A stretch of 64,000 nt of DNA from Eledone cirrhosa. Lineage: Eukaryota. The stretch spans positions 329,840,001-329,904,000 of the forward strand of contig OZ024741.1 in assembly GCA_964016885.1 (NCBI GenBank), written 5' to 3'. The first letter of the stretch is position 1, and each line of letters begins with the position of its first letter. Of this stretch, positions 14,100-26,393 are shown piece after piece. The translations under genes and the position numbers were made by a program. The notes beneath the pieces were generated by a model, which saw only the letters and a list, made by a program, of their open reading frames with translations, had not been told where the DNA came from and ran no database searches.

Positions 14100-14677
14100 T
14101 CCACAATTCAGTATTTAAGTAGGCCTAGAATGGTGTGGTGGCTCAACGAAATTTGATTTTTTTTCAAACTTTACATGTGTATTACTTATGTTTATGTGTA
14201 TTACTTATGCACATAAAAAAATTCAACTTTTTTATCCTCTAGGTGAAAACTGCGTTTTTTCAGCTTTTTAGGGGATTTTTGAGGCGTTACGTCAGACTGA
14301 TTTCCTTGAAATTGTAACTATGTATTAGTTAGTCTCTTCTTCATACCGTGAGCAAAGAAAATCCAACTTTTTTATGGCCTAGGGCCCGCATTAGGTGAAA
14401 AACTTAATTTGTTCAGCTTTTTAGGGCTTTTTTGAGCCGATTTTCCCGAAATTTTGTACATATTATGCACATAAAAAAAATTCATTTTCTTGATCCCCTA
14501 GGGCCCGCATTAGGTGAAAACCTGCATTTTTCCTGCCTCATTGAGGAAAATCTTAAAGATTATCCAGCCATCAGAGTATTCGGTTTATTTTCTTTACATA
14601 TTGTCCAGGCATTAAGTCTGTTGGGGGCCCCTATTTCAAAATACCTTAACCCGTGCAACGCCGGGTACCACTGCTAG
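14100..14677 (+). mobile_element. Non-autonomous Helitron-like element (3' end clear, 5' end uncertain)
   Basis: Ends ACCCG-tgcaacgc-CGGGT hairpin, then CTAG|T at 14674-14678; internal repeats CTAGGGCCCGCATTAGGTGAAAA. Confidence 0.7.
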
Positions 14678-14679
14678 TT

Positions 14680-15500
14680 CCTAATATTAGTCGTAGGATG
14701 TCTACCTTATCTTCGTCTATAGATATTTTTCAATAAAGCAGCCCCTTATTATAATAAGGCCCTTAAAAATAGCAGTTTCAACGAACAAATCAAATATATA
14801 CCCACTCCTCCTTCTACCACTAAACACAATAACAGGAAAAGAAAAATTATATGGCTCATTCCACCTTTCTTTTTAACAGTTAAAACTAATGTAGGAAGAA
14901 AATTCCTCGAACTTCTAGACAAACATTTCCCCCAACAACATAGATATAATAAGATATTTAATAGAAATTTAGTTAAAATTAGCTACTCTTGCTGCCCATC
15001 CATAAAATCTAAAATTACTAACTCGAATATTACTAAAGGAAACCCAGGATGTAGTTGCAGGAAACCTGAAGAATGCCCCCGCCCCTTACAGGGAAAATGT
15101 AATACAAAATCAATTGTATATGAGGCCAAACTGACACCCATTATGAAGAACCAACAGGCCAGGAGTGAGCGATATGTAGGTATGACACAAGATAAATTTA
15201 AAATCAGATACTATGCACATGTCGCTTCCTTTAAACGCCCAGACAAAAGAACATCTATGGCGCTGGCTAATAAAGTGTGAGAGTTTAAAGAACGCAAGAT
15301 TCCATACTCGAATGATTGGTCTATTTTAGACCACTCAAAAGAATACCAGAAAGACACAAAGAAATGTTCTTTGTGTATAACCGAAAAGTACAGAATACTT
15401 CAAAATCTGAAAACTCCTACTAGTTGCCTCAATTCTAAAACAGATCTTCAGAAGTTGTCCACACCTGAAATCACATCTCCTTTCCAGCTGGTATAATATA
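14680..15500 (+). mobile_element. Penelope-like element fragment (RT C-terminus, linker, GIY-YIG), pseudogenised
   Basis: Manual translation: ISRRMSTLSSSIDIFNKAAPYYNKAL; TNVGRKFLELLDKHFP...KIFNRNLVKISYSC; IVYEA...YVGMT...FKIRY...CSLCITEKYRI. Confidence 0.85.
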
Positions 15501-16344
15501 CCTCTGAACACTCAACCACCCTGAGCTTCCTCTTTTTACAAATTAACTCTTCCACTCACTACCCAGATCGCTTTATGAACACATACATTTTACCCAGATC
15601 GCTTTATAAACACATACTTTTTACCACAACAATTAAGCACAATTTTCTCCTACTTGTTTATTTCATTTTATTTTATTTATACCCTCCCCCATTTTCTGTC
15701 ATACTTTTAACACACCCATCATACACACCCACCACCTTCTTCTGTCCACCTTTCTTAACCACTTTTACAGATCCTGAACACTTCTTCCTCCTTCTTTAAC
15801 TTTACCCTTATCTACAACCAATAACACTCACATATTCACTTTATTCACATATCATTTGTCATACCCTGTCACTACCCTTATCCCTTCTTTTTTCTACCTA
15901 TTAGTTATACTCCTTCTACACACACCCTTACATTTCATTATTTTTTTATGGGAACCCTATTTCTACTTTTCAGATTTATTCATAGTTATGTATGAATATA
16001 TGTTTATGTATGTATACTTTTTTGTATGCATTTATTTATAATTGCGTATGTATTCTTGCATATTTGTGTAATTGTATATGGTTTGTCATATGTATGTGTG
16101 TATGTTTCTACATGTCTATGTATGCATATATATATATATATTTAAGCATATTTGTGTGTGTATGTTTTTGTTTTTATATTGTATATATGTGTGTGTGTGT
16201 ATTTTTACTTTTATACTTGTGTATATATGTGTGTGTATGTATCTGTATATGTATGTATATATATATATATATGTACAATTGTATGTAATTGTGAGTGTAT
16301 ATTTATTCTTATATGTGTGTTTGCGTGAGCCTGTGTGTATATAT

Positions 16345-16386
<42 letters not shown>

Positions 16387-16394
<8 letters not shown>

Positions 16395-16617
16395 TAAAGT
16401 AACAGATTAAAGTTTAAGCAAAGAATCGCTGCTTTCACCCTTAACGGGATCTTCAGATCTTCAGAAGATCCCGTTAAGGGTGAAAGCAGCGATTCTTTGC
16501 TTAAACTTTAATCTGTTATTTTAATAAATATTTTCTCTACTGTTCTTATATATTTGATATATATTTATCCTTATCGAGCCCTCTTTGGATTTTAGTCTTC
16601 AAATTTATTATTATTAC
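16387..16617. mobile_element. Fold-back PLE-terminus-like element: 68-bp inverted repeat with hammerhead-like core plus ~85-bp tail
   Basis: 16387-16454 is the reverse complement of 16464-16531 (1 mismatch); CTGAAGA-tccc..ggg-t-GAAA on the minus arm. Confidence 0.7.
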
Positions 16618-16646
16618 TATATATATATATATATATATATAATATA

Positions 16647-17148
16647 CAGGGTGTGGACGATATTTGTCCGCAATTTTCAACTGCTAATTTTATGCAAATC
16701 TTTTTTACTTCCGTTGTCATTCTTGTCTTCATAAAAACAGTGACTATATTTCCATTATTTATTTTCAGAATAATTGATTATGAATAATTTTGAAGAGACA
16801 AATTTGTGGAAGAGACACGGAGTTCTTCTTGGAATCCGCACCAGGAGGACAAATAAGACCAGAAGTTCAACTCCCAGAACAACAGGTGGCTCACTGTCTC
16901 ATCCAAAGACGTGCCCAGAGTCATTCAGACGTTTCCAGCGACAACATTGGTCTTAGGTGTTGTCAGCAGTCAAGGTGATGTCATGCCACCTCACTTCTTC
17001 CGTGAGGGCCTCAAGCTGAACACTGATGGCTACATCCACGTTCTGAGCGAGGTAGTAAAGCCCTGGATCGACCAGGTAGCTGCAAGTAGGCCGTACGTGT
17101 GGCAGCAAGACTCAGCGCCCTGCCATACCAGCCGAAAACCCAAGCCTG
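16647..17148 (+). mobile_element. maT (DD37D) Tc1/mariner-superfamily deletion derivative, 3'-truncated
   Basis: TA|CAGGGTGTGGACGATATTTGTCCGC terminal inverted repeat (TIR); VLGVVSSQGDVMPPHFF...WQQDSAPCHT; near-identical to 42038 copy. Confidence 0.88.
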
Positions 17149-17182
17149 TGAGAAAAACCACAGACCCTCCATCTCAACTCTA

Positions 17183-17218
17183 CTTTTGAAAAGCAGAAGA
17201 ACTGCGAAACCGGTAAAG
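17183..17218 (+). ncRNA. Minimal type-I hammerhead motif (U3-A8 variant)
   Basis: ctt-TTGAAAA-gcag/aagaa/ctgc-GAAA-ccgg-TA-aag. Confidence 0.6.
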
Positions 17219-17287
17219 GAACCAAATAAATATATATATTTTTTTAGAAATAAGACTCCAGTTGCATTTTCAATTTCATCTTTTTTT

Positions 17288-17324
<37 letters not shown>

Positions 17325-17753
17325 TATGCATATATATTATAATTATGTATGTATATATATATGCATATATATGTGTGTATCTGTGTATATATATATACAT
17401 ATATATTTAATATAAATATGTATATATATATGTGTAAATATAATATATAATATATAATAGCTTTTTTAACAATGATAACAAAGGCAAGTTATTTTATATA
17501 TCTCATTCATTGTTTTACGATTGTTTCGGAAGGTTGATCATATCGATATATTGACTGATCTATAGCAGTTATAGAACTGTATAATATGCGACATAATATA
17601 TGGGTTCAATCATTACCGTCTGCTTTGGAAACAATGATTTATGTACCTAATATCCAATGGAATCACAAGATCTCACTGAACTACATTCTAACAGATTTCA
17701 TTGAGTTGTAACTACAGTATGGACCCTACCGCGAAAGGTTGTATAATGTATAA

Positions 17754-17962
17754 CAGGCATGTCAAACTGAGGGTACTCCGAGAGCCACATGGGTCACATA
17801 TGTCTTGTCTGAGGGCCACACACAGCTAATTGTGCATATTACAACTAATTTTTTAAATTTTATATTGCAAAGATAAAACATGGTCACGCTGTAAAAGCCT
17901 TTGAGTGAACCACATGTGTGCTTGTAAAGGGCTGCATGCGGTCCACATGTTGGATACGCCTG
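17754..17962. mobile_element. hAT-type MITE
   Basis: CAGGCATGTCAAAC...GTTGGATACGCCTG imperfect TIRs; perfect 8-bp target-site duplication (TSD) ATGTATAA (17746-17753, 17963-17970). Confidence 0.85.
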
Positions 17963-18089
17963 ATGTATAATACCATCATCATCATCGTTTAACGTCCATC
18001 CTCCATGCTAAGCATGGGTTATATATATATATATATGTATATATATATAATATATGTATATATATGTGTGTGTGTGTATAATATATAAT

Positions 18090-19030
18090 ATGGGGTTCAC
18101 CAAGGCTCTCCCCTTAGACCCCTCCTCTTCATTATTGTCCTACGGGCTATAACAGGAATTTAAGACCAGTTACCCGTGGGAATTACTATACACCGACAAC
18201 CTTACCTTCATAGCTGAGTCTATGGAAGAGTTTGAGAAAAAATTTCAGAGATGGCAGCACAACTTGGAAACAAAAGGCCTCAAAGTCAACCTGTCCAAGA
18301 CCAAACTTCTTGTGAGCAGTAGAGGAAACAGAGCTATGATACCCTCCGGGAAATGGCCCTGCTCGGTATGCAAGAAAAGAGTAGGCAGAAACTCTATCCA
18401 GTGCACCAAATGCAGACAATGGGTACACAAGAGATGTAGTCGGAAAACAGGCATACTGGCGAAAAACACAGACTATATATGTGAACCGTGCACAGGGATG
18501 GTAGGCAAAGACCCTCAGGTAGCATGCCCCTCCAAATACACAGAAGACCACATCAAAATAATTGATAGCTTCTGCTATCTGGGGGACCAAATCAGCTGTT
18601 GGGGTAAAAACAGGTTGGAAAATATTCTGGGAGCTGCTGCCACTGTTAAGTACAAAGGGTCTCTCACTTAAGATAAAAGGCAAGCTGTACGATGTGTGCA
18701 TGCACTCAGCAATGCTACATGATAGCAAAACCTGGGCTCTGTGTGTACATGAGCGACAGAGTATTTGTGTATTAAGAGTGAAGCTGGGTATAAGAGGGAT
18801 CAAATGCTGTGTGCAAGAGAGAAGACTGCGGTGGTTTGGTCACGTGAAACGCATGAAGGATGACAGCTGCTTGAAGAAATGTAGGGCTTTAAAAGTTGCA
18901 GGAAGCACCAAGAGAGGAAGACCCAGGAAGATATGGGAAGAAATGATAAGGGCGGCCCTGACTCAACTAAATCTCACAATGGGGATGACACATGACTGAG
19001 TCCTCTGGTGCTACAATGTTCAACAAAAGA
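18090..19030 (+). mobile_element. RTE LINE internal fragment (RT, PHD-like finger, C-terminus), decayed
   Basis: ORFs 18222..18671 and 18562..18999 homologous to the RTE at 3672..4451. Confidence 0.9.
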
Positions 19031-19049
19031 ACTATTCCGACAACTCAAC

Positions 19050-21095
19050 GTCAGACACAGATCGAAATGGCGCTGCCCAGCCCCACACCGCAAACAAAGT
19101 CGATGGCTGGTCCACAAGAGTTTCTTCGCGGTCATCCATTGCGGGGCTCCAGAAGTAAAATGTGATCTAGTGATGGGCTCGTCATGTGGAGAGTGCTGCA
19201 GTTTCATGTTGAGAAAGGCTCATTGCATGGAAGGGAGCCTGGTTCCGAAACTGGGGTGTTGTTGTGTGTAGGCTTCAGCGTGGCCGACTGGCCTGTCCCT
19301 CCTCATAGTCGTGCCACCCAGTCCCAGGCTCCCAAAATGTGGTTTTGAATTGAGAATGGTTTGTTGCGTGGTGTACCGCTGTGGGAGGGGTTCGACCCGA
19401 CCAAATCTACCTGTCCCTTCTCATGGTGGTGTCATGCAGTGCCAGGCCACCATGAATGTTTTCCTGCTGTGAGCCTGGCTCTCATACTGTGGTTCTGCAC
19501 CTATCTTCCTCAGAGCGCCGTAATCCAGTACCGGGCCCTTAAACTATGGTTACGCGGTGAGACGGGTTCGGCGCAGCCAACTGGCCTGTCCCTCCTCATG
19601 GCAATGCCATCCGATACTGGGCCACGAAACTATGACTACGCTGTGAGATGGGTTAGGCTCCTCACACCGGGACCACCTAGTGCTGGGCTCCAACTGGTGA
19701 TTTAGTACTGAGAAGGGTTCGTCAACCCCTTTTCCCTCCCCCCAAAAATAAGTGTCCATAGCTGGTGTGCTGCTGTGAGAGGGGTTTGGCATGGCCAACT
19801 GGTATGTCCCTTCTCATAGTGGTGTCAACAGGGCCGGGCTCTGCTGTGAGATGGGTTTGGCTCGGCCAACTGGCCTGTCCCTCTTCATAGCGGTGCCATC
19901 CAGTCCCAGGGTGCTGGGGGTCTGGTTTCACATTGAGAAGTGTCCGTCACGTGGAGAATACCCGGCTGATAGTGGTATTAGTTATGGGGTGAACGGGGGG
20001 GGGGGGCTGGAAGTGGAGGGGGATGATGAATCTTGGGAGTGTTTAGTGGTGGTGGTGGTGGTGGTGGTGGTGGGTGAAGGCTAAAGGAAGAGGGGTGGGG
20101 AGTTCAGGCCGGGGTGTGTGTGGGTCTGTAGGGTGAAGATGGTGTGTTGTTCAGCACTGTCGAGTTGCAGGGGTCCCATGGCATTCAATCAGGCCACAGA
20201 CGTTGAGGTTGTTGGCGGAGTAGTCCAAGGGAACCAAAGTGGCGGGTGATGGAGGAACTCCCACCAAGACGAACATGTCTGACATAGGTTGCACTGCACT
20301 CCGTGCAGCGAAGTCCATAGACGAGGTTGGAAGAGGTACGGCGGAAGGTATGCCAGACAGAGAGAGAGAGAGTGGCCTTTGGGATCCTGAAAGGTGGTGG
20401 TGTTGGTATGTGGGGGCAGGTGTGGCAGCATGGTCTGGAGCAGAGAAGGGAACGGGGGGGGGCTGTGGACGAGGAGGTTGCATGCACATTTGAAGGAGGG
20501 AATGGGTGGGGATGGGGAGGTGGAGGAGTGGTAGGTGAGGGCAGTGGAGCGGCAGACTGCGCGGGCGCGGGTGAGGGCGGCGTGGACGAGGGAGGGTTGG
20601 TAACCTCTCCGGATGAAATGGCTGATCAGAGACAGGGCCTGAGTCTCGAAGCCAGCCTCTCAGCTGCAGAGTTGGGAGTAGGGAATGGAGTGTTTGTTGT
20701 GCGTAGGGTGGGAGGAGGTGAAGTCGAGGTAGGAGTGGGAGGGGGTGGGTTTGAAGAAGGCGGAGGTGACGAGGGAGCGGTGGGAGGGGTCGATGGCGAC
20801 GGAGATGTCCAAGAAGTGGACATGGGTGGTGGAGATAGAGGGGGTGAAGTGGAGGGAGGGGTGGAAGGAGCAGAAGAAGGAGAGAAAGGAGTCGAGCTGT
20901 TCTTGGGTGAGGTCGTGGCTCTGATGCAGTCGTCAATGTACCGACCATACAGTTCAAGCCTGGGGCCGGTGTATTGGGCAGAGATTTGGGCCTCAACATG
21001 GCCAACGAAAAGGTTGGCATAGTTGGGGCCCATTCTTGTGCCCATGGCTACCCCAGTGACCTGCTGGTAAAATTCACCCAAGAAGGAGAAGCAGT
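19050..21095 (-). mobile_element. Penelope-like element (Neptune-type RT signature), 5'-truncated, decayed, with repeat-rich 3' region
   Basis: CFSFLGEFYQQVTGVAMGTRMGPNYANLFVG...YGRYIDD (20626..21081); SSNLVYGLRCTEC..Y GIY-YIG motif (20185..20487). Confidence 0.85.
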
Positions 21096-21138
21096 CCTGA
21101 CTCTTTTCATAAATATATATATATATATATATATATAT

Positions 21139-21356
21139 GAAAAGAGTCAGGACCCCGACGGCTGAGCTCCGGCCATTTCGACAGCTAGATCTGAACTAAG
21201 TCAACACTGGTGGCTTAGTTCGGATCTAGCTGTCGAAACGGCCAGAGCTCAGCCGTCGGGGTCCTGACTCTTTTCCTATTACCTACTCTACTACTCTAAG
21301 TATTGAGTACTCTGGTGCGTTATGGTCCATTTGGTATCTTACCACACCCTCTCCGT

Positions 21357-21358
<2 letters not shown>
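21139..21358 (+). mobile_element. Fold-back PLE-terminus element, copy 1 (65-bp arms plus tail)
   Basis: 21139-21203 vs 21211-21275 inverted, ~4 mismatches; contains GAAAC-ggc..gcc-GTC; tail shared with 41821 and 60441 copies. Confidence 0.8.
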
Positions 21359-21389
<31 letters not shown>

Positions 21390-21500
21390 ACGTGTGTGTC
21401 TGCAAAACGGAAACGGAAACAACAATGCAAACAACACAGTACAATGAAGAAATATAGAAGGAAAAGTGTCTTTACGTTTCGGACACTAGTCCTTCGTCAT
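21390..21500 (-). mobile_element. PLE terminal-repeat fragment with minimal hammerhead remnant
   Basis: Minus: TGACGA-aggac/tagt/gtcc-GAAA-cg-TA-aaga; related to 42950 and 60035 copies. Confidence 0.55.
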
Positions 21501-22897
21501 ATGATCTTCATACAATACGGTATTTAGTTTAATTGCCACATGTTTCCTCGTCTCTTGTGGAGTTTTATATTTATTTTTTGTTTTCCTTGTTTGCTCTTTT
21601 AGATAGGCCAACAATCAGCAATTGTGTAGCAATTAAACTAAGCAGAAACATAACCTTATGTAAATTTATTCCACATGCCACCACCATAAATGAGATTTAA
21701 GGGTCAGTCCGCTATGTGGTCCCAGCAGACAGGATGGAGAAGACATTGCCCTAGAACAGCTACTAGTAGGTAGCCAACTCTGCTCCAATATCAATGAGTA
21801 AGGATGTGGTTCAGGGGCCCAGAAAAGATCCTGTGTACAGGATTGACTTCTCTGCACACATTTGGGTATTCTACTAGCTGCAGTGTGTGTCTGTGGTTGG
21901 CAGGATAGCTCAGGTGGGAAAGCTATAGAGAGAAGTTCTAAAGTCCTTTGTCTGATTCAATTCTGTATTTTGGAGGGTAAGGATGAAAGCCAAAGTTAAC
22001 TTTGGCGGAATTTCAACTCAGATCGTAAAGGGACGTAACTATGCTGAAAAGCATGTCCAACCCTCTATCGATACTGCCAATTCACCGCACGTCTACCATA
22101 AATAATATGCAAGGGTTCCCAATGAAATTTTCAGCCAGGCGCACATGCAAACTTAATCCACAACTGATCCGAAGGCTGCTACAATTTCTTTAATGGCTTT
22201 GTTCCAGCATGGCCACAGCCTAAGGGAGGTGTAACAGATAAAAGAATATTTAAGACATACACACACACACAAATATATATAAGTAGGAGTGAGGTGTCAG
22301 GGTAACATCATTAAGTTTATTCAGGTGTGACGCGCGTTTCGCGATTGATCAGCTCAAGGTTAGATCTGTATTGATCGGGCCCGACTCTGGAATCAATAAC
22401 GCATCCACACACACACATATAGCGAATTGGCACAGTCGTAAGAACATCAGCTAGAGTATTTTGTGGTATTCGTTCCAGTTCGATAAAATACCAATCCGAT
22501 ACTAGGGTCGATTTTTCTTCCATGTTTCTCCACCACCACCCCTGCCTCTCTCTCTTCAGATGAAATCGGCTGTCTTCCGACCTAGCAAGAAGAGTTCTGT
22601 CAGGATTAAAACGTCCAAAACCCGCTATATGTCACTACGGTGTCCCTACAATTCCACGAGGAGTTACGGGTCCATATATACATACATATAACAAAACAAG
22701 ACTGGGTTGCTTTTGATCAAAGGTGTTTGTATGATTAGAGTTAACCTAGGGCTAAACAACAGCAAATATGTGCAGTTGTGTCACAATCTATGTTAAGAAA
22801 TTATTCAATTACGAGTTGTCTTCTGTTGTAATTTTTATTCACATTTTTAAGAATATAAACTGACCCTCAATATATGACTCGTATTTCATTAATTGAA

Positions 22898-23013
22898 GGC
22901 GCGTGGCTTAGTGGTTAGATAGCTGGATTCGCAATCGTTGAGTTGTTAGTTCAATTCCCGGATTGTGCGATGCATTATGTCCTTGAGCAAGACACTTTAT
23001 TTCACATTGCTCT
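22898..23013 (+). mobile_element. tRNA-derived SINE (5' part)
   Basis: A-box TGGCTTAGTGG, B-box GTTCAATTCC, conserved GTCCTTGAGCAAGACACT core. Confidence 0.75.
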
Positions 23014-25617
23014 TTCTGCTAGGAGTTGCGACCGGTAGAATGGAAAGACCAATGGAAAACATTTTTTCCTTGGCTCGATTTGACGAGTTCCACCCTACTC
23101 AGTAATCGAATGTCTGGTATCTTGTCGATCGTTATTCCTTCTTTCCTTATTTCATGTTATCGATCTTGGAAGGATGATAAAGCTGACCTTGGCAGAATTT
23201 GAACTCAGAACATAAAAGGGTTAAACTGAACACTTCAGTCTTGAACAGACGGAATGATTGGAATGTCTTTAATCAAAGCTGACCTGCTGCTAACGCAACA
23301 AACAACTCAACAATTGCTTCTATTCAATGTACACCATTACAAAGCGTTTGGTAAATGCATGAACATCAAATAAATTTGCTTTGGTTAGTTAATTATTAAT
23401 TAATCATTATTACTGTGGAGAAAAAAGACGACCACTACCATCACCAATCCCACTCAATCACCGCACCCTCGCGTTTCAAAATACCCTTTTCTTTTTGCGA
23501 AATGCTGAATGTCACCAAGTCACATACAACACCCCCACCCACCCCACTACCACCACCATATCTATGAATGAAATAAATCCCAACCTTGACTCGAGGAAAC
23601 CCACCCCCTCCACCCTTAAAGCGACTAATTTTAATTTTGTTCTTCATTTTTACTTTGCCAGCCATTTTTAAGGAAGAATTTTAATTTTGAAAGAAAATGG
23701 TAAAAAAAAAATAAAAAAAAAATAAGTCAACGCTTATCAGGGTGCTCTCCCAGAATAACCAAATATTTATACTTATCACACACACACACACTGTTATTGT
23801 CCTGGCTAGCTTTTCTTTTACTAATTCTTTATTGACAATGATATAAATACAAGTGTAAAAATAAACATGTTTAGATCGAGACCCGGTATCAGGAATTTCT
23901 TCGTTGGGGCAATTTTATTTAAATTAACATCGATAATGTATTTGGGAACGGCATGAACATCAGAACATCCCAATTCTAACTCTCTTCTCCTTTGTTTCTT
24001 TTTTTTATTATTATTTTAATCCGAAATTGTGCCAAGGTAAATCTTTCTCTTTTTTTTCCACCCCAGAGTTTTAATATGTGCGAATGTTAGCGTGAGTGTG
24101 CCTATGTATGTTTATGAAATGTATGCGTAAATGTGCGCGAGAGAGAGCGAGGGTTGAATTCGAGTTTTGAGAATTAGTGTTTGCTGAGTCAATGTCGAAA
24201 GTTAAAACCCAAATGAAACAAATGAAAAATAAAACAAAGAATGACAAGATTTAAAAAATAGTAACAATAATTAAAAAAAACGAACTGTCAAATTGCTTCT
24301 TCGAAGTGTCACTTCCCCTCCCCCTTTACGTCTCGCCTTTCCCTATTCTACAACGCAACTACCCCCGTGTCTGCCTTCACTAGGTGTTCTTCTAATTGAG
24401 CACCTGTCACACAATATACGTCTTCCATTCCTGCACCGTAACCACCAGCGCGAGTATCCGCGAGCGGTGTTTTAGAATATGTGAATGTGCTTATGTATGT
24501 ATAATGTACACAAACTGACAATGAGAAGACAAACGACAGGATGAATAGTGTTGAACAAAAGAAGAAACGCGGGTACTAACTGAAGAGAATGGTAGATGAT
24601 AGGTAAATAACTTGGCTGGCAAGGAAAGCAGGTAGCTTTGCAAATAAACAGAGACTAGCAGATAGGCAGGTAGCTAGCTAGCCAGCTACCTGGAATACGG
24701 ACGAAAGTAGAGGTATATAGAAAGCTAGCTAGTAGTTACCTTGCTATGTAGAAAGAAATATAAGGAGAGAAACGGACAGACAAATCAAAGATAAAACGTC
24801 AAATATATAAATAAAGAAAGGAAGAAAGACAGAAAAGTGAGGAGAAAGAGACGGACAAGGCTTCGCAGGGTATTTATTGAGAGAGAAAAAGAAGGATGAA
24901 AAGACTGAAAGAGAAATGATCGAGAGAAAGAATGAAGCTGAGAAATTAAATATTAACAAATGAGCGCTAACAGAGTTAAAATGTAAAAAGGGAGTCAGAG
25001 ATAAAGGAGTGAGGCAGAGAATGAAAGAGAATTTCTTGCTGTCCCTCGTATCAGCTTTCCATTGGTGACACAAACGAACACACAAACATGTGTGTTTATA
25101 TTATTCACACACGCACATACACTATATTTATATATACGCACACACACACACAAATTGCTATATACACATGTATTCATACAAAGTATATAAATTCCATAAT
25201 AAAATTACCTATAGATCAGTTTCTCCTACTCTTCTGCAAATTTTACAATAGCCTTCATTATTTTGTCTCTCCTTTTGACTTTGCCTTTCATCCTTACGGG
25301 GTCGATAAAATAAAGTACCAGTAATGAACTGGGTCTTTGCTGGCCTTGTGCCTAAAGTAGAAACAATTATTTTGTCTCTCCTACCCCTAAAATAAAGGAC
25401 CAGTCCCTGATTTTATGTTCACAGTTGCCACGAAAAATATGGGAAGATTTGTTCGAGTTAAGAATACCATTAAAATTCGTACTCCCACTTCTAGGTCTGC
25501 TGCTAAGATGTCTAGACACTTATAAGACAGACAGATGAATGAATAGTAACCCTATATATATATATATATATATAATAAACCTTTCAAGGATTTACACCAG
25601 TCCAGCCTCCTGTTATT

Positions 25618-25655
<38 letters not shown>

Positions 25656-26362
25656 AAAAATATTTAACACACATTAAGTTGGCTTAGGAAAAATGAAGAT
25701 ATTAAAAAAAAAAAGAATCGTTATAGAGCAAAAATAAAAATCGCAGCCAGGGCGACTTAATCCTTTCTAAGGAGAATGGTGATAATCCTTAAGATAAGAA
25801 TACTATTGATGTGGTCGGTGGAAATAATGATGATGACTGACTGCTACGACGGTAATGGTAAGGAAGAAGGTTAAAGACAATAAGAGTGAATTCAAAGGAC
25901 GACAGAGATAATATTGCAATAAAAACGGTGTCTTCTAATGCAAATATAACGGATAAAAGAAAAGAAGGAAGAATTAGTGAGAAATAAAAAGAGAATAAGA
26001 GAGGGGGGAAGAAAGAAGGAAAAAACGAGGCAGAGAAAATGAGAGAGTATGAAGTCTTAAGGGGGAGAAATGAGATTTAAAAAATGAAAGAGGGGAATAT
26101 GTATACAGGAAGGAGAGAAACAGAAAGCAAATGAATATAGATGAATTAAAATGTGTGAGAGAGGGGGAGGCGGGGAGACATGAATGACAGTGAGGCAGAC
26201 TAAAAGAAAAAAAGAGGAGTGGAAAGAGAACTATATATATATATATTGAGAGAGGGAGAGAGAGATTTGATAGAATAAACGGACGTAAAAAAAAAGAGAC
26301 ATACATAGACAACTCTGGGAGTGAGAGCGGATAAAGAGAGGGGAAACATCTACACACGGACA

Positions 26363-26393
<31 letters not shown>

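Noticed and set aside
20151-21022. Pro-rich 289-aa (minus) and Gly-rich 231-aa (plus) ORFs
   Set aside because: Off-frame and antisense readings of the C-rich PLE RT pseudogene
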